Shown: in pieces, positions 19,788 to 31,755 of the stretch | Position numbering within the stretch: position 1 is the first letter of the stretch | Layout of the letters: every line of letters starts with the position of its first letter | The notes under the pieces: model-generated | Told to the model about the DNA's origin: nothing | The model's input: the letters and a program-made list of their open reading frames with translations, nothing else | Databases searched by the model: none | Position numbers and translations under genes: made by a program | DNA from: Basidioascus undulatus | Taxonomy: Eukaryota | Direction of reading: 5' to 3' | Length of the DNA: 38,189 nt | Assembly: GCA_000826855.1 (NCBI GenBank) | Contig: JTLS01000043.1 | Coordinates: forward strand, 1 to 38,189

Positions 19788-22700
19788 TCAGGCGGAGGAG
19801 TGAGAGTGGACGAGGACCCGGTTCTTCATGCCAGACGTTTGCGGAACGATGTCCCTAAGGGGCGCAGACGCCGCCTTGTCGCTCTCGTGCACGGCGTTCG
19901 ACACGTCGCCGTCCGCCATGTCTGGCGCGACAAACGTCGACGACGGCGAGCGCTCCGTGGGAGTTACGCCGTCTTCTCTCCGGAGAACGAAGCGCCGGAT
20001 GAGTTCCACGAGGTCGCCTACGACACGCAAGGGGCTGGTCAGACCTCGGCCTCCAGAGGAACGCACGGAAACGGGACACTTGCCTTGCTTGAGCGGCTTG
20101 GTGAAGTAGCCTTGCATGCCAGCATCCATGCAGTTAGCCATGGTGGACGCCTGGCAGTCGGCGGTGAGGGCAACGATGGGAAGCGTGGTCTGTAGATCCA
20201 AGGTAAACAGGTCAAATCGGGTACCCTTATCTGCAAAACGCATCGACGTACAGCCGTGTGCCGCTTTCTTTCCCTCGCACGAAGTTTGCGCGTCGCAAGC
20301 AAGCCGTCGCACACAGGCATGTCTGGAACCAAAAAAAAAATAGCGTTAGACGAGTTCGCCACTGGACGGAACGGCGTGACAGCTCACGATGATCGAACAT
20401 CGCGACGCGGAAGAAGCCAGGCTCGTGCTGTTCCCAAACTGTAGAAAAGAAGTGAATCAGAAAGAGACGTAGAGCCACTTGCACTCAAGTCACGTACGCT
20501 TGATCGCCTCATCTCCGTTCGACGCCGCTTCCACCTTGAAGTCCAGGCGCTGGAGCTGCTTGATCACTGTCGGGAAACACAAAGCGTCAGCGATCCGCCG
20601 CACCACCAGAGACCCTGCCTCAGTCTGGACTTACGGAGCTTCTGCGCGACGGGGTTGTCCTCCGCGATGAGGATATGGCACGTCCTGAGGTACTCCTGCT
20701 CCTCTGGCGTGAAGTGGTCCGCCGTGTACATCTGCCGCGTGCTCGGCGACGGTGTTGCCAGACCGTTGAGCTCCTCGACGCCACAAACGCTCGCGAGCGC
20801 GCGCAGAAGCCGGACTCTGCGGAGAGGCTTGTTGATGCGCGAGATGCGCGTCCGACCAACGCTATCAGAAGCCCGCCGGCTGGACGCGTCGGAAACGGAC
20901 GGCCGCCGCTTCAACATCTCCGTCGTCGGCGCGAGGAGGTTGATGATTGTCGTCCTGGAAAGCTTCGGGGTGGCCTCGACGATGCGACGGACGCGGTCCA
21001 CTTCGCTCTCGGATTGGAGGTCGAGGATAACGAAGTCGGGCGGGGAGACATTTCCGTTTACGGTGGGCTCGGCGGAATCGGAAAACGATGCGAGGCGTTT
21101 ATCGAACTCCTCGAGTTTGGAGACGAACTCCGCAGGCAAGCCGTCCAAGGTAGTCTTGAGAAGGGAAGTGGTCACGGGCGATGGAGAGTAGGCGAGGATG
21201 CGCAGGGGTTTGGACAAAAGGTTGCGGCGAAGGCGGTCTGCCTCTTCGAGGTCGATTGGTCGGGGCACCTCCGAGGGGACGCGGACAGGGATACGGAAAG
21301 TAAACCTGCAAGCAAGTAAAGGCGCTTAGTTCCGCACACCACTAGACGGTATCGTGAAACACGCTCACTTGGATCCTTTTCCGGGGTTGGACGACACGTT
21401 GATGTCGCCGCCCATGAGCTTGCAGAGCTGCAGACAGATGCTCAGGCCGAGACCGGTACCTTTGGGTCGATATTATCAGAAACGGATTGAGACAAGGTAA
21501 AGATCATGAAGAATTACCGCCGAAGCGTTTTGTTGTCGAGCTGTCGACCTCTGTTTCGGGTGGACATCATCAGAAGAAGGTTTAGGTATGCAAACGTCTT
21601 GGGGTACGTACGGCTGAATGGCTGGAACAGGAGCTTCATCTCCTTCCGAGAGATACCCACGCCGGTGTCCTCGACTTCAATCTTGAGCACGACTTGATCA
21701 GCACCGGTGCGGATCTCTCCTGAGTGGTCGAGAGAACAGCACGCGGTCACAGCGCCCCTGCCAAGCACCTCCTTCAGTACATTCTCGGGTAAACAGTGGT
21801 CAAATGCTATACACACTTGAGCGTAAACTACCGGCAAATATCATTAGCTACGCCATGGAAGCGACGCGACGGCGAAACAACTCACCTTCAGGGCGTTGCC
21901 AAGCAAGTTTTGAAGAATCTGACGAATGCGGAATGCATCGCCCTACTCACCCATGTTAGAATCGACTGCGGGTTGGGTGACGGTGCATGCTCACCTCGAC
22001 CATGTCGGGGACGTCTGCTTCAATGGTCCACGCGAGGTCGAGCTGGGAGCACATGTCTCAGCAAGCATTCTAATATGAGCCTGAGCGCTCAATGACTCAC
22101 CCCCTTCTCGCTTGCGAGAGAGAGCAAGAGATCTTCACACTCGGCGATGAGGTTACCGGGCGGGAACGGAGCGACCTCGAGCTGCACGCCGCCGTGCTCG
22201 AGCTTCGAGAAATCCAGCAGCGCACTTTTGCGTGGAGAACAGATCCTAGTCAGCTCGCAAATACCAAGCGCCTTCAAGGCGGGAACACACCTAATCGTGT
22301 CGAGCAAGGCCTCGCATGATTGCCGCGCCGTTTGAACTGCGGCCCAATGTCAGCGGATTGCAGACATTAGTGACGGGTGACGGTAAATGCGAACCGAACT
22401 CTCGTTGCTCGGGGTCGAGCTTTGTTTCGGCAAGCAGGCCTAGCAGCCCGTAGAAGCTGGCAAACGGCGTCCGCAGCTCCTGGAGCCCTCCTCTTCGTCA
22501 GCTGCTCATTCAGGCGTAGGCGTGAGGTTAAAAGAAAAAAAAGGAAAAAAAAAGAAAACCTTACGTGCGACATGGACGCTAGGAAAGATGATTTGACGCT
22601 GGACAGCCGCAGCGCCTCTTCGCGACTCCTCCTCGCAGCCTCCAGAGCGGTACGTTGCTCCGAGATAGCGCGCAAGTTTGATTGCGTAGCTCGGCGAAGC

Positions 22701-25700
22701 GACCTGAACAGCGTCCCGTCTGCGACAACGTCAATAATTGCCCGGGTTGGGGCAATAAATCCGAAAAAAAAGCTTACTGGTAATTGAGATCGCGGCTTGC
22801 GTGGCCAGGAGACCCAAAACAGAAATCAGACCGTCGGCGAACGCGTTGGTGATGCCGCTCACGATATAAATGACGCCTGTTATTGAACGTTCAGCTATAC
22901 TAAGACCGGCGACAGAAGCAGCTGTCACGCACCAAGAATAGTGCCCTTGCTCTTGACTGTAAGAAACGCGGCGTTCAGTTCAAGCACCTGAAATGAGGTC
23001 GGCGTGCGACGTACCAGGTAGCGCTACAATACTCTTAACACGGCCGCCCGGGGACAGCGCAGCCACGCTGGGGCCGAAGCGAGGATCTTCAGCAGCATTG
23101 CTGAGGACAATGGCTTCGCGAGATCGAATGACTGCAAAGTGAACGTAAGACGGATGGCCGAGCAGAGATGCAGACGATGCACGTACCGTGACGGATGACG
23201 GGCACGGCTATCACATCGCTCGAGTCTTCTTCGGAAAGCGGACGGGGCTTCCTGAGAAGCACGTTTAAGCTAGAGGGACTGCGCAACGGAAGTGGCAGGA
23301 ACTCACTCGTAGACGATACAGCTGTCGGGAACGGTCAAGCGAGTCATGATGTCGAAAGTCGTCGACGCCTCGCCGCGTATAATGATGCAAGCGTGCTCGG
23401 CGCCGGACGTTTCCGCGATGATCTCCGTCAAACGCTCCAGGCTTGAGCTGAGGTTGACGTCGCTGGAGATGGCCTGGAAGCTCTTAATGATTGCTGTGTG
23501 GCACACGCGTCGGTCTCACATATTAAAAAGGGAAGGCGTCTTCGCATACCGGCAAGATCCGCGGCGGAGAGGTGCCCAACTGCCTCGTCCACGCTCTCCT
23601 TCGCATGCAACGCTGCCGATGCATCTTGCGCGCTCGAGGCGATGCTCTTGCTGCGATGTAGAGCCGGCATGTTGACGGGCGGCGTCGAGTCCGTCTGGAC
23701 TCCGACTTCGGCCGTATAGGTCGAAAGCGGTGCGTCGGACGTAGCCGACACCTGAAGAAGGCCGAGGAGGTACGACTACACGCAGAAGTCAGCATCGAGC
23801 CCTTCGGCGCCAATTGCTCGGGCACTCACAACGATGCCGGTAGCGCCAAAGTGACCGAATACGCCGAGGCTTTGTTGCTGCCTACAATCAGAGCGTGACA
23901 GTCAGACTTCTATCCCTGTTTCAGCTGACATGCACGTACATAGAGCGGCCGAGGGTCTCCATCCCGGTGCGGGAGAAGTGGCGACCCGTCTGAGGACCGC
24001 CGAACAACGTAAGCTTGATGTGCAGGGCAGCTCGGTCAAGAATCGTACCAGATAATGAGACCATCCTTCCTCCAGTATCCAGTGGCCCTCTTGAGCGGCA
24101 CTGATTAAAACAAAATCTGAACATCTGCTCAACGTACAACAAAGGACAAGGGAGGCCTACCGAAGCGCGAGATCGTATTCTTTCGCGGCACCGGGATCCT
24201 CGCGCAGCGACTGTTAAACACAGAGTAGCACGTGTTAGGGGACAAGCTTTGCGTGCGCAGAAATTTAAGACGAACCAGAACTTCGGCCGAGACGAGATGG
24301 TGCCACTGTGCGACGTTGATGCGAGCCGTGCGATGCCAGTCGGCCAGTTGGCCTCTCTTGACTTCTAGAGCGCGCTCGTACCGAGAGCGGACTGAAGCAT
24401 CGCTCACTCCGCGCCTTAAGCAGGCGACGAGCGCAAAAGCGTGGTAGGCAGTCAAGACCTGCGAATGGCGATGGTTGCCAGACGTGCTGCAATGTCACTT
24501 TATCAGCTATTGCGGCGGGGCGCGGAAGGAAGCAGAGCGCACACGGAGAAATGCGACTGTCCTCTTTCCGCCTCGAAGCCAAGCTCCGCGGCCGCTTCGT
24601 GGAAGCCGAGACAAAAGAGAGCGCAGACTTTGTGGGAAAAGTACTGCGGAAAAGACAAGCGGAGCTCAGTACTCGATCCGCCCGCGGTAAAGGCTGGCCA
24701 TACCATGTTCAGCGAAACATCAATGTTCTACAGAGATCGTCAGCACGTGCCGCTATTGCTTTCAACATCAGAGGGCGTACCATCGACGTGTTCCGGAGGT
24801 TCTGCAAGTACTCTTCCTCATTGTGTTCCTCGCTGTCGAAGATGTCGCCCGGTGAAGTAGCAGCGGTGCGACCCGCAAGCGCTCGTGCGCAATTCCTCGT
24901 GGTCATCAGGAACGCGAGCGTGTCGTTGCCGGCATGCCAATGAGAGAGATCCGACAAGACCTCTTCAGCGGCGTTGCTGCACAAGGACGTCAGTTGAACC
25001 CGCACATTACGTCTACTCCCTGAACTGAACTGAAAACAACTTGACTGACATGACCTCCTCGAGATGCTGCCGATGCCTCTATTGAGCGGAATTGCGAACG
25101 ATGGAAAAGACGACGGACGTACCCGCCCCGTTTGAAGCATGACGTTGATCTTGAAGCTGATGGCCCAGGCTTCGAACTGTCGGTCGCCTGAAGCAGTGAC
25201 GACTCAGTAATTGAGCTCAATGATTGTGGCATTCGGCGCGAACCTGCTGCTTGCGCGAACCCGATCGCCGTCGTTGCCATATGTCCCGCTTCCCGAAAAT
25301 GGCTGGCTTGCGCCGGGCTGATGCCCGAAATGTAGAGAACACGGGCGCGCCTGATGAGGCTTTGTAAGCGCGGGACAAGTCACCTTCAGGATACGTGTAG
25401 CCTTACCCCTTCTCGCTGTGTGATCCAAACTTGTCCGCGAGCGCCAGCCCGAGACGGGCAATTTCGAAGCCGAATCTATGGGCAAACAGCAACAGAGCTC
25501 GGCACGCAAGCGGCACCAAAGTTGTAATAACGCTTACTCGTAGTCCCCTGCAGAGAGTGCGAACCCCGCGAGGACGATAAATCCGGTAGCGGAAGCTGGC
25601 GAAATACCCTCCCTGGACAGTCGCATTGAATAAATAGGGCGTCGAGATACACCGGTCGTCATAAGCAACGTACTCGAGTGCAACCTGCACGTTCTTCAGT

Positions 25701-28700
25701 CCCATGTAGCCAGCGAGACTCGGCGAGAGATAGAACCTGTGTCACCACCACGATGAGCAATTACGAAGCGAAGTGAATGAGCAGACGAACGCGTACGCCA
25801 TCGCGAAAGCCTCGGATCTGCCATAGCAAGCGTGAGCGATGAAAATCAAAATGCGAGAAGAGCGGACGTACAAGAGCGAAGACAGCGCTGTAGCACGATG
25901 TTCCGTTGCTCGCGGCAAGCGCATGACCTCGTCGACGCCATGATCGAGGATATGCCGACGGACCGTATTGAACCTGGACAACCAATCAGCATTTCAACTG
26001 CACCACACTGAACCAAAAGTTGCGCACAGTTCGCGTGTTTCATCACTCGTGACGTCCGACCCGATGTGCACTCCCAACGCCTCGAGGGACGTGAGCAACG
26101 CCTGCATGCCGCGATGTTGTTCGCCCCTAAAGAAATGATTGCGCGCTCGGATTTGCTGTGCGACGGTCGTCTCTATGGTGGTAGGGTCTTGCACGGCATC
26201 AAGCGTGATCTCGGAGCGCGCGTTGTCCTCTGCAAGAACGAAAGTCAGTTCCATCACGGCGCTGAAGAAAGCATATAGGGATTACCGTTTCTCTGGTAGA
26301 GCCTGGGCAGTACGGTTGTCAGCTAAGAGCGTTCCGAGAGACGTGCATCAGAAAAGCCTACTCGGCAAGTTTGAGCATGAGATCGTTGTGATGCTCGAAC
26401 GCCGAAGCCTCAGGGTCATCGACGAGGAGATCGAAGGCGCCGGAGAAGTACGATAGCGCACTCTGCAAAGCAGTTACCGTCCGGTCAGCGAGGAACATTC
26501 GCATTTTCCTGAGTGCAAGGCATACCTCGAGAGCACCCTGACCGAACGACGACGTTCCCGCTTCGTAAAGGCACCTGACGTATGGCATCCGAGAAGCCAT
26601 CGGTAAGTTGCGCAGCGCAGGTTTACATCGCAGCAGATGCTCCGAGACTCGGTAGCGGTCAAAATTCGGTCGTTGGATGAGGAGCGTCGCGATCTGTTGG
26701 AACAATGCTTGGTCTCAGCAATGTTTGGAGAGACGTCGATCCACCAATACTAACCTTGAGCCTAATGGATTCGAACCCCTCCGGCTGGTCATGCGCTAAT
26801 TCGACGCAGGCTTGCCGTGTGAGGTCGTGCGAGAAGCGGGCTTGATCTCGACCAGACTGCACAATTGCTCAAGATTAGCGCGTGCCCCGAGCCAACTGTT
26901 GAAATAAGCAGGCGCACGGAAGTTACGAAACCTTCTCCCAACGCGACTTGCAGCCCAACAGACCATTTCTGCGAGAGGTTGCGCTTGCGCTTGTCCGCCT
27001 CGGTCGAGCTCGACCCCTCCTCCGACCCGCTCTCGTCCGTCTCGACGTCCTCGTCCATGAGCGCGGCGACAGTACGGATGTCGAACCAGTTGCCGAAGAA
27101 AGATGCAAAGGAGAGGAAACGCTGGACCTCGGGCGGCAGCTCGCGCAGGCGATGTATGAGGAACGTCGGATCAGACTCGGCTCCCTCGAGGTGTGACCTG
27201 GACTCGAAGAACTCTGTACAGCAGAGCGTCAGCGAGTGCGCGAAGCGTGCAGATCATGGAATAGATACGCACTCTCGATCGCGGAAAGATTGTACCGCCA
27301 CGAATCTTCTGTCCAATCGAAATGGATGAACTGGTGCTTGCTGAACTCGCCGAGGAGCGAACGCGTCGTGAGAGGGTTGCCGTGCACGTGCCGGTCGAGT
27401 ACTTGGGCGAGCTCCATGCACTCGTCGACGGGCCGATGCAGCGTGGCGGACACGAGGCTGGCGATGACGTGGGGTTTGAGCGGATTGAGCGCGATCCACG
27501 TCGCTCGCGAGTTGAACATCGCCCGTAAACGATCGCACGTCGCGTTGTGCTCCGACTGCGCAGCGAGGTAAGTTTCACTTCCGGACGCGTTTATGGCGCT
27601 CAGAGAAGAGCAACTCACGCGAACCGTGCAGAGGAGGAGGAGACGTATTCGGGACCGCGAGAGCGCTTCAATAAGCTTGAGAGAAGACGCGTCCGCGAGA
27701 TGAATGTCTTCGAGGTTGATGGTGATCATGCGCAGTCGGGCGAGCGCGGCGATGACCTCGAGCGTGACTAGTGGCGCGAGCGGCTCTCAGTTTGACGCTG
27801 CTGCTTCGCCAAGTGCAGGTGCTGACTCACTGGTGTGGAAGCGAACCCGAGATTCGGTTGAGGGGACCGACTCGAGGAGCGATTCCGATCCAGCGATGGC
27901 GACGAGCGTCTGCAGCTCCGGCACAGCGGTGTACAGAAGTCGGATGTTTTCGACCTGCGGGCCGAGGCTGGCCTTTAGGGACGAGAAGAAGTCGTGGATA
28001 ACGCTCTCTGGCTCGGTGAGGAAGTGGCGGAAGATGGAGGAGAGGCATGCAAGCTGCGCAAAGAACCGTATGTCAGCAACTCCTTCTGATGTACGGTTCC
28101 GAGCCGCACGCACAACCGCTGAGTACGGTGTTAAATCGCCACGGTCAAACTTTGCGCTCCCGACCAGTCCCAGCTCGATCGCTTCCGACCGGACCTCCGA
28201 GAGCAATGCACTCTTGCCGATCCTACTCAGGCTGGTGAGCGAGCAGGAACTTTGACGTGGTGAGAGGTTGGGACACACCCTCCTGGACCAGAAATAACGA
28301 CCGCCCTTACGCCCTTTCGCTGCTTCTTAACCGGTGGACCCGGCACTTGGATGACCGCGGGTCCTTCTGCAGGTCCAGCGCCTGCCGAGCTCGCGTCCGA
28401 CCGGATCGAGCTGCCGCTGTCGCTCCGAGCCTGCTCCAAGATGGGCGACGGTTGTGCGCCGCCGCTTGCAGGATACGAGCTCAGCTTGCTCTCGGTGGCC
28501 AGGGGCATGACCGAGCGTGTCAGGCTGTCGCCCGAGACCGATTCGGACTGGGTCTTGCGCGTACTCCCGCTCGTCGTAGACGCCTGGATGACGCGCGGAC
28601 CCTTGCCGACATGCGCATTCGCCACTTGCCGAAGGACTGCAAAGACAGGGTCAGGTTGATGATTGGAACATAAGGCTAACGTTCCGTATCGCAGACACAC

Positions 28701-30521
28701 CTCCGCGGACGACGCCGAGCTCTTCCTCACGGCCGAAAAGAGTGGACGGTATGACGAAAGTAGAGTTGAGGTCCTATCGGGCACCTCAAGTGTCAGCTTG
28801 CGTACGGGTTCTTCCGAACTTTTAAGACTAGTACAACTCGTTGCGCGATAGGGAACTCGGGAATCAACTGCCAGAACAGGTAGGTGAGCTCGCCGTATCC
28901 ACAGCTGAAAGGTTACGCTGCCCACCTCGGTCGTCTCTTCGCTGCTGGCGGACGCGAGAGTGAGAAGCCGCTGGCACTCCAACAAGTCTTCCTTCAGACC
29001 CGCAGCCGAACGGTAACGCTTGGCCGGGTCCTTCTGCATGAGCTTCTGGATGATCACGGACAAGACGCGAGGCACATCCGGTCGAATCTCGTGTACCATC
29101 GGCGGGCTGCGGGATCTGGTCGCTAAGAGCTGAACGGCAGACAAGCACCGAGAAAAGAGCGCGACTGAAAACGTACTCTCGGTTCTGGATTGCTTGAAAT
29201 ATCTCGAGCACTCCACCCTCGTATGGCGATTGCCGGGTAAGAACGACCCAAAAAACGACGCCGAGGCCGTACTGGGAACCCCGCCTTCGGTAAGCTCACG
29301 GCACCGAAGACCATACTAATGGAACTTTACCAAGTCTGTCCGGTGGTCGGCCGCCCCGCCAAATCGCCTTGCGCCAAGCTGCTCGGGACTGACGAAGCAC
29401 AGCGTCTCCTTGACGCGCTGCCGCTCGCTCTCCTCGAGTTGCTCCGTTGCGAGCACCACGGAGGAGATGCCGCTGTACGAGTCGAGCGAGATCGTCTTCT
29501 GGCCGAAATGCGCGAAGCGGACATGATCGGTATGCGCGTTCCAGTGCCAGGTGTTCGGCTGTAGGCGCAGAGACCCTCTGTCATGACACGCGGAAACAGG
29601 GAACCGGGACTGGAGCACATACGCGAATTTCGCCGTGTACCATGTTGAGGGAGTGGACGACTTCAAGGCAATGTGTCGCCTGTTGCGCGAAGCTGCTTGA
29701 CAACGACTAGGCTCAGCTCCAGATATCAGCTGTGCGTCCGAAGGCCCAAACTTACTCCAGGAAAGCCGCAATCTATGAGCAGCACTGTTGTCAAATCTCG
29801 CGCCCAGTGAACCCAACACATCACGTACGTCGATGATATCCCCCTCCTCCTCGTCAACATACGAGAATCCCTCCACCTCTGTGGCAGGTGTGATTTCCGC
29901 CTGCTCCTCACCCGACTCGTCTGATAAAGGCGCGGGCGTTGGCGAGCGCGTCTGGGCCGGTGTCGCCTCGAGAGTTTGAGCGGTCTCGGGTACGAGGAAG
30001 GTGTTTGGTCGGACAGGGAAGAAGCGCGCGAGCGCGTTCGGTCCGGGATGCTTGAGACTTGACAAGGATGTGCGGCGCTTAGCGTCTAGCTTAACAAGGA
30101 GAGGGCAGAACGAGGTACATCAAAACCGTTACGTTGCCGGCTGCCGGAGGAAGCATCAAGCACTCCATGATCCTCATCGTCCTTTGAGCAGCTTCGATCG
30201 AGTTTGCCAAGCTCCCCAGCCTACCACAACTGTGCTCTTAGCCCGCCATGTGTTCATCGCCGACACTCTACAAAATTATTGAACTCACATGTGTGTCTCC
30301 CGTTCCAAACTGAGCGCAGTCCTGGGCGAGATCTTGGCAAGGACCTTGATGCCCTCCGCGCCGTGCTTCTTCTCGCCTTCGACGAAGAGGCGCGAGGTCC
30401 CAGGGTCGCCCCAGGACCGCGCTGGGTCGGGGAACGTGTACCCCGGCACGCTCAGACGCCCATCCCGAAAGTAGAGGTCCGGCGACGCGGCACGCTCACG
30501 GCGAGCGGCACGACTAGACAT
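19788..30521 (-). CDS. Large multi-exon hybrid histidine kinase: Ser/Thr-kinase-like domain, AAA/STAND ATPase, helical region, GAF, HisKA, HATPase_c, two receiver domains (fungal group X / Candida Chk1, S. pombe Mak2-Mak3 type)
   Basis: ATG at 30521. Kinase-like: [49 protein letters not shown]. NTPase: [13 protein letters not shown] (Walker A), [12 protein letters not shown] (Walker B), [28 protein letters not shown]. His[17 protein letters not shown] (His codon 22567-22565), LLDFSKLE. HATPase: [46 protein letters not shown]. Receivers: PPDFVILDL...INKP and [11 protein letters not shown]...MFDH|HMPVCDG...IVALTAD...YFTKP. Stop at 19790-19788. Confidence 0.93.
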
Positions 30522-31755
30522 TGCCGTCGAAGCTGTTGGCGCTTCGAGTCTCGAGAAGCGACGATCGGAAGGCGCGTAGGCGGTTGCCGCCGGATAGAAA
30601 GGATGTTGAGGGTGGGGAACTGGTATAATCCGAGAACGAGAGGGATGGGTCTCTGCAGGGAAAGGGTCGGGTTGGAGGAGAGCAGGATGGGTGCGTGAAA
30701 CAAGAGACGAGCAAGTGCAGGGCTGCTTGCGAAGGGGAAGGGGCGAGAGATGACGACAACTGAGGAGTTGCCGTGTCAGCAGCCTCGCTCAAAAGTGCCG
30801 TGCGCATTGACCGCGTGTGATGATCAGCCAAGGTCAGAAGTACTTAAATACGAAATGCAAAGCAAATGTTTGCAATGGCTCACAGACACACGCAGAGTTC
30901 AAACGCGCAATGCACACCAATCAATGCCCTGAAGTCCACAGGGAGTGCAGAATGTCCGGGTGCAAAAGAACGAGCAAGTCCCTCACACCTCTCGGAGGTG
31001 ATCGACAGCAGGGTTGTGATTGTTTGGACAGTCCCATACCGAGGCGTTCTGCTTCGAGGCCTCAAGTGGCGCTGTCGACAGCGACGCGCGCATAGGCGAT
31101 ACATATCATATGTATGCCGCCCCGATTAGAAACTGCCCCGCACACACTCCGCCCTGTCGATCAGACATCCGCCCCACTGGCAGATCCAGTTCCCTCCAGC
31201 GCCTCCTTCACCAGAAGCGACCAGAAAGAAAGCGAGCTCTGCAGCAGAAGGAGGATGTCTGACGAATGTATGCTTTGGTGCTTCAAGCTGAACAGAAAGT
31301 CTGATGGTTGGGCTGATGCGATTGCTAGTTGTCGCGGCCGGACGGTCCTTCGAAAGCGACCAGCCCTGTGGTAACTGCCTGACCGAGACAGTGGACGGCC
31401 TGCGATGTTCCTTGTGAACTGCGCCATTTCTGAGCACCTCCCTTGGACGCTACCACACTCCGCGTCTCGTCATGAGCGGTCGCAAGCAAGCCTCAGGTAG
31501 TGCGAAGAGAGAAAAACGACCCAACGCAAGCTGCTCGACAGAGACGGTCGGCGCCGACGTCACATAAAAGTTACTCGCACATCGTTTGTTTCTCATCTTG
31601 TCACTAGGCCATATCACCGAGCTAGCAGGGTATATTCGTGAATACAGGAATGTGAAAGTGTCAAATGAGAGTCATCAACAAGCGAGAGAACAGCAAGGCA
31701 AAATGAAAGGTATGCGAAGTGTACTGTACTGAAAGGGTGCTACTGCGATATTGTT

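Noticed and set aside
26768..26779. GGGTTCGAATCC on the minus strand, resembling a tRNA T-loop/B-box
   Set aside because: It lies in a histidine-kinase exon (EGFESI), and no cloverleaf stems or A-box are evident around it.
30514..30807. Out-of-frame upstream ORF overlapping the histidine-kinase start codon
   Set aside because: Its ATG (30807) lies upstream of the pyrimidine-rich tract where transcription probably starts; there is no evidence it is in the mRNA.
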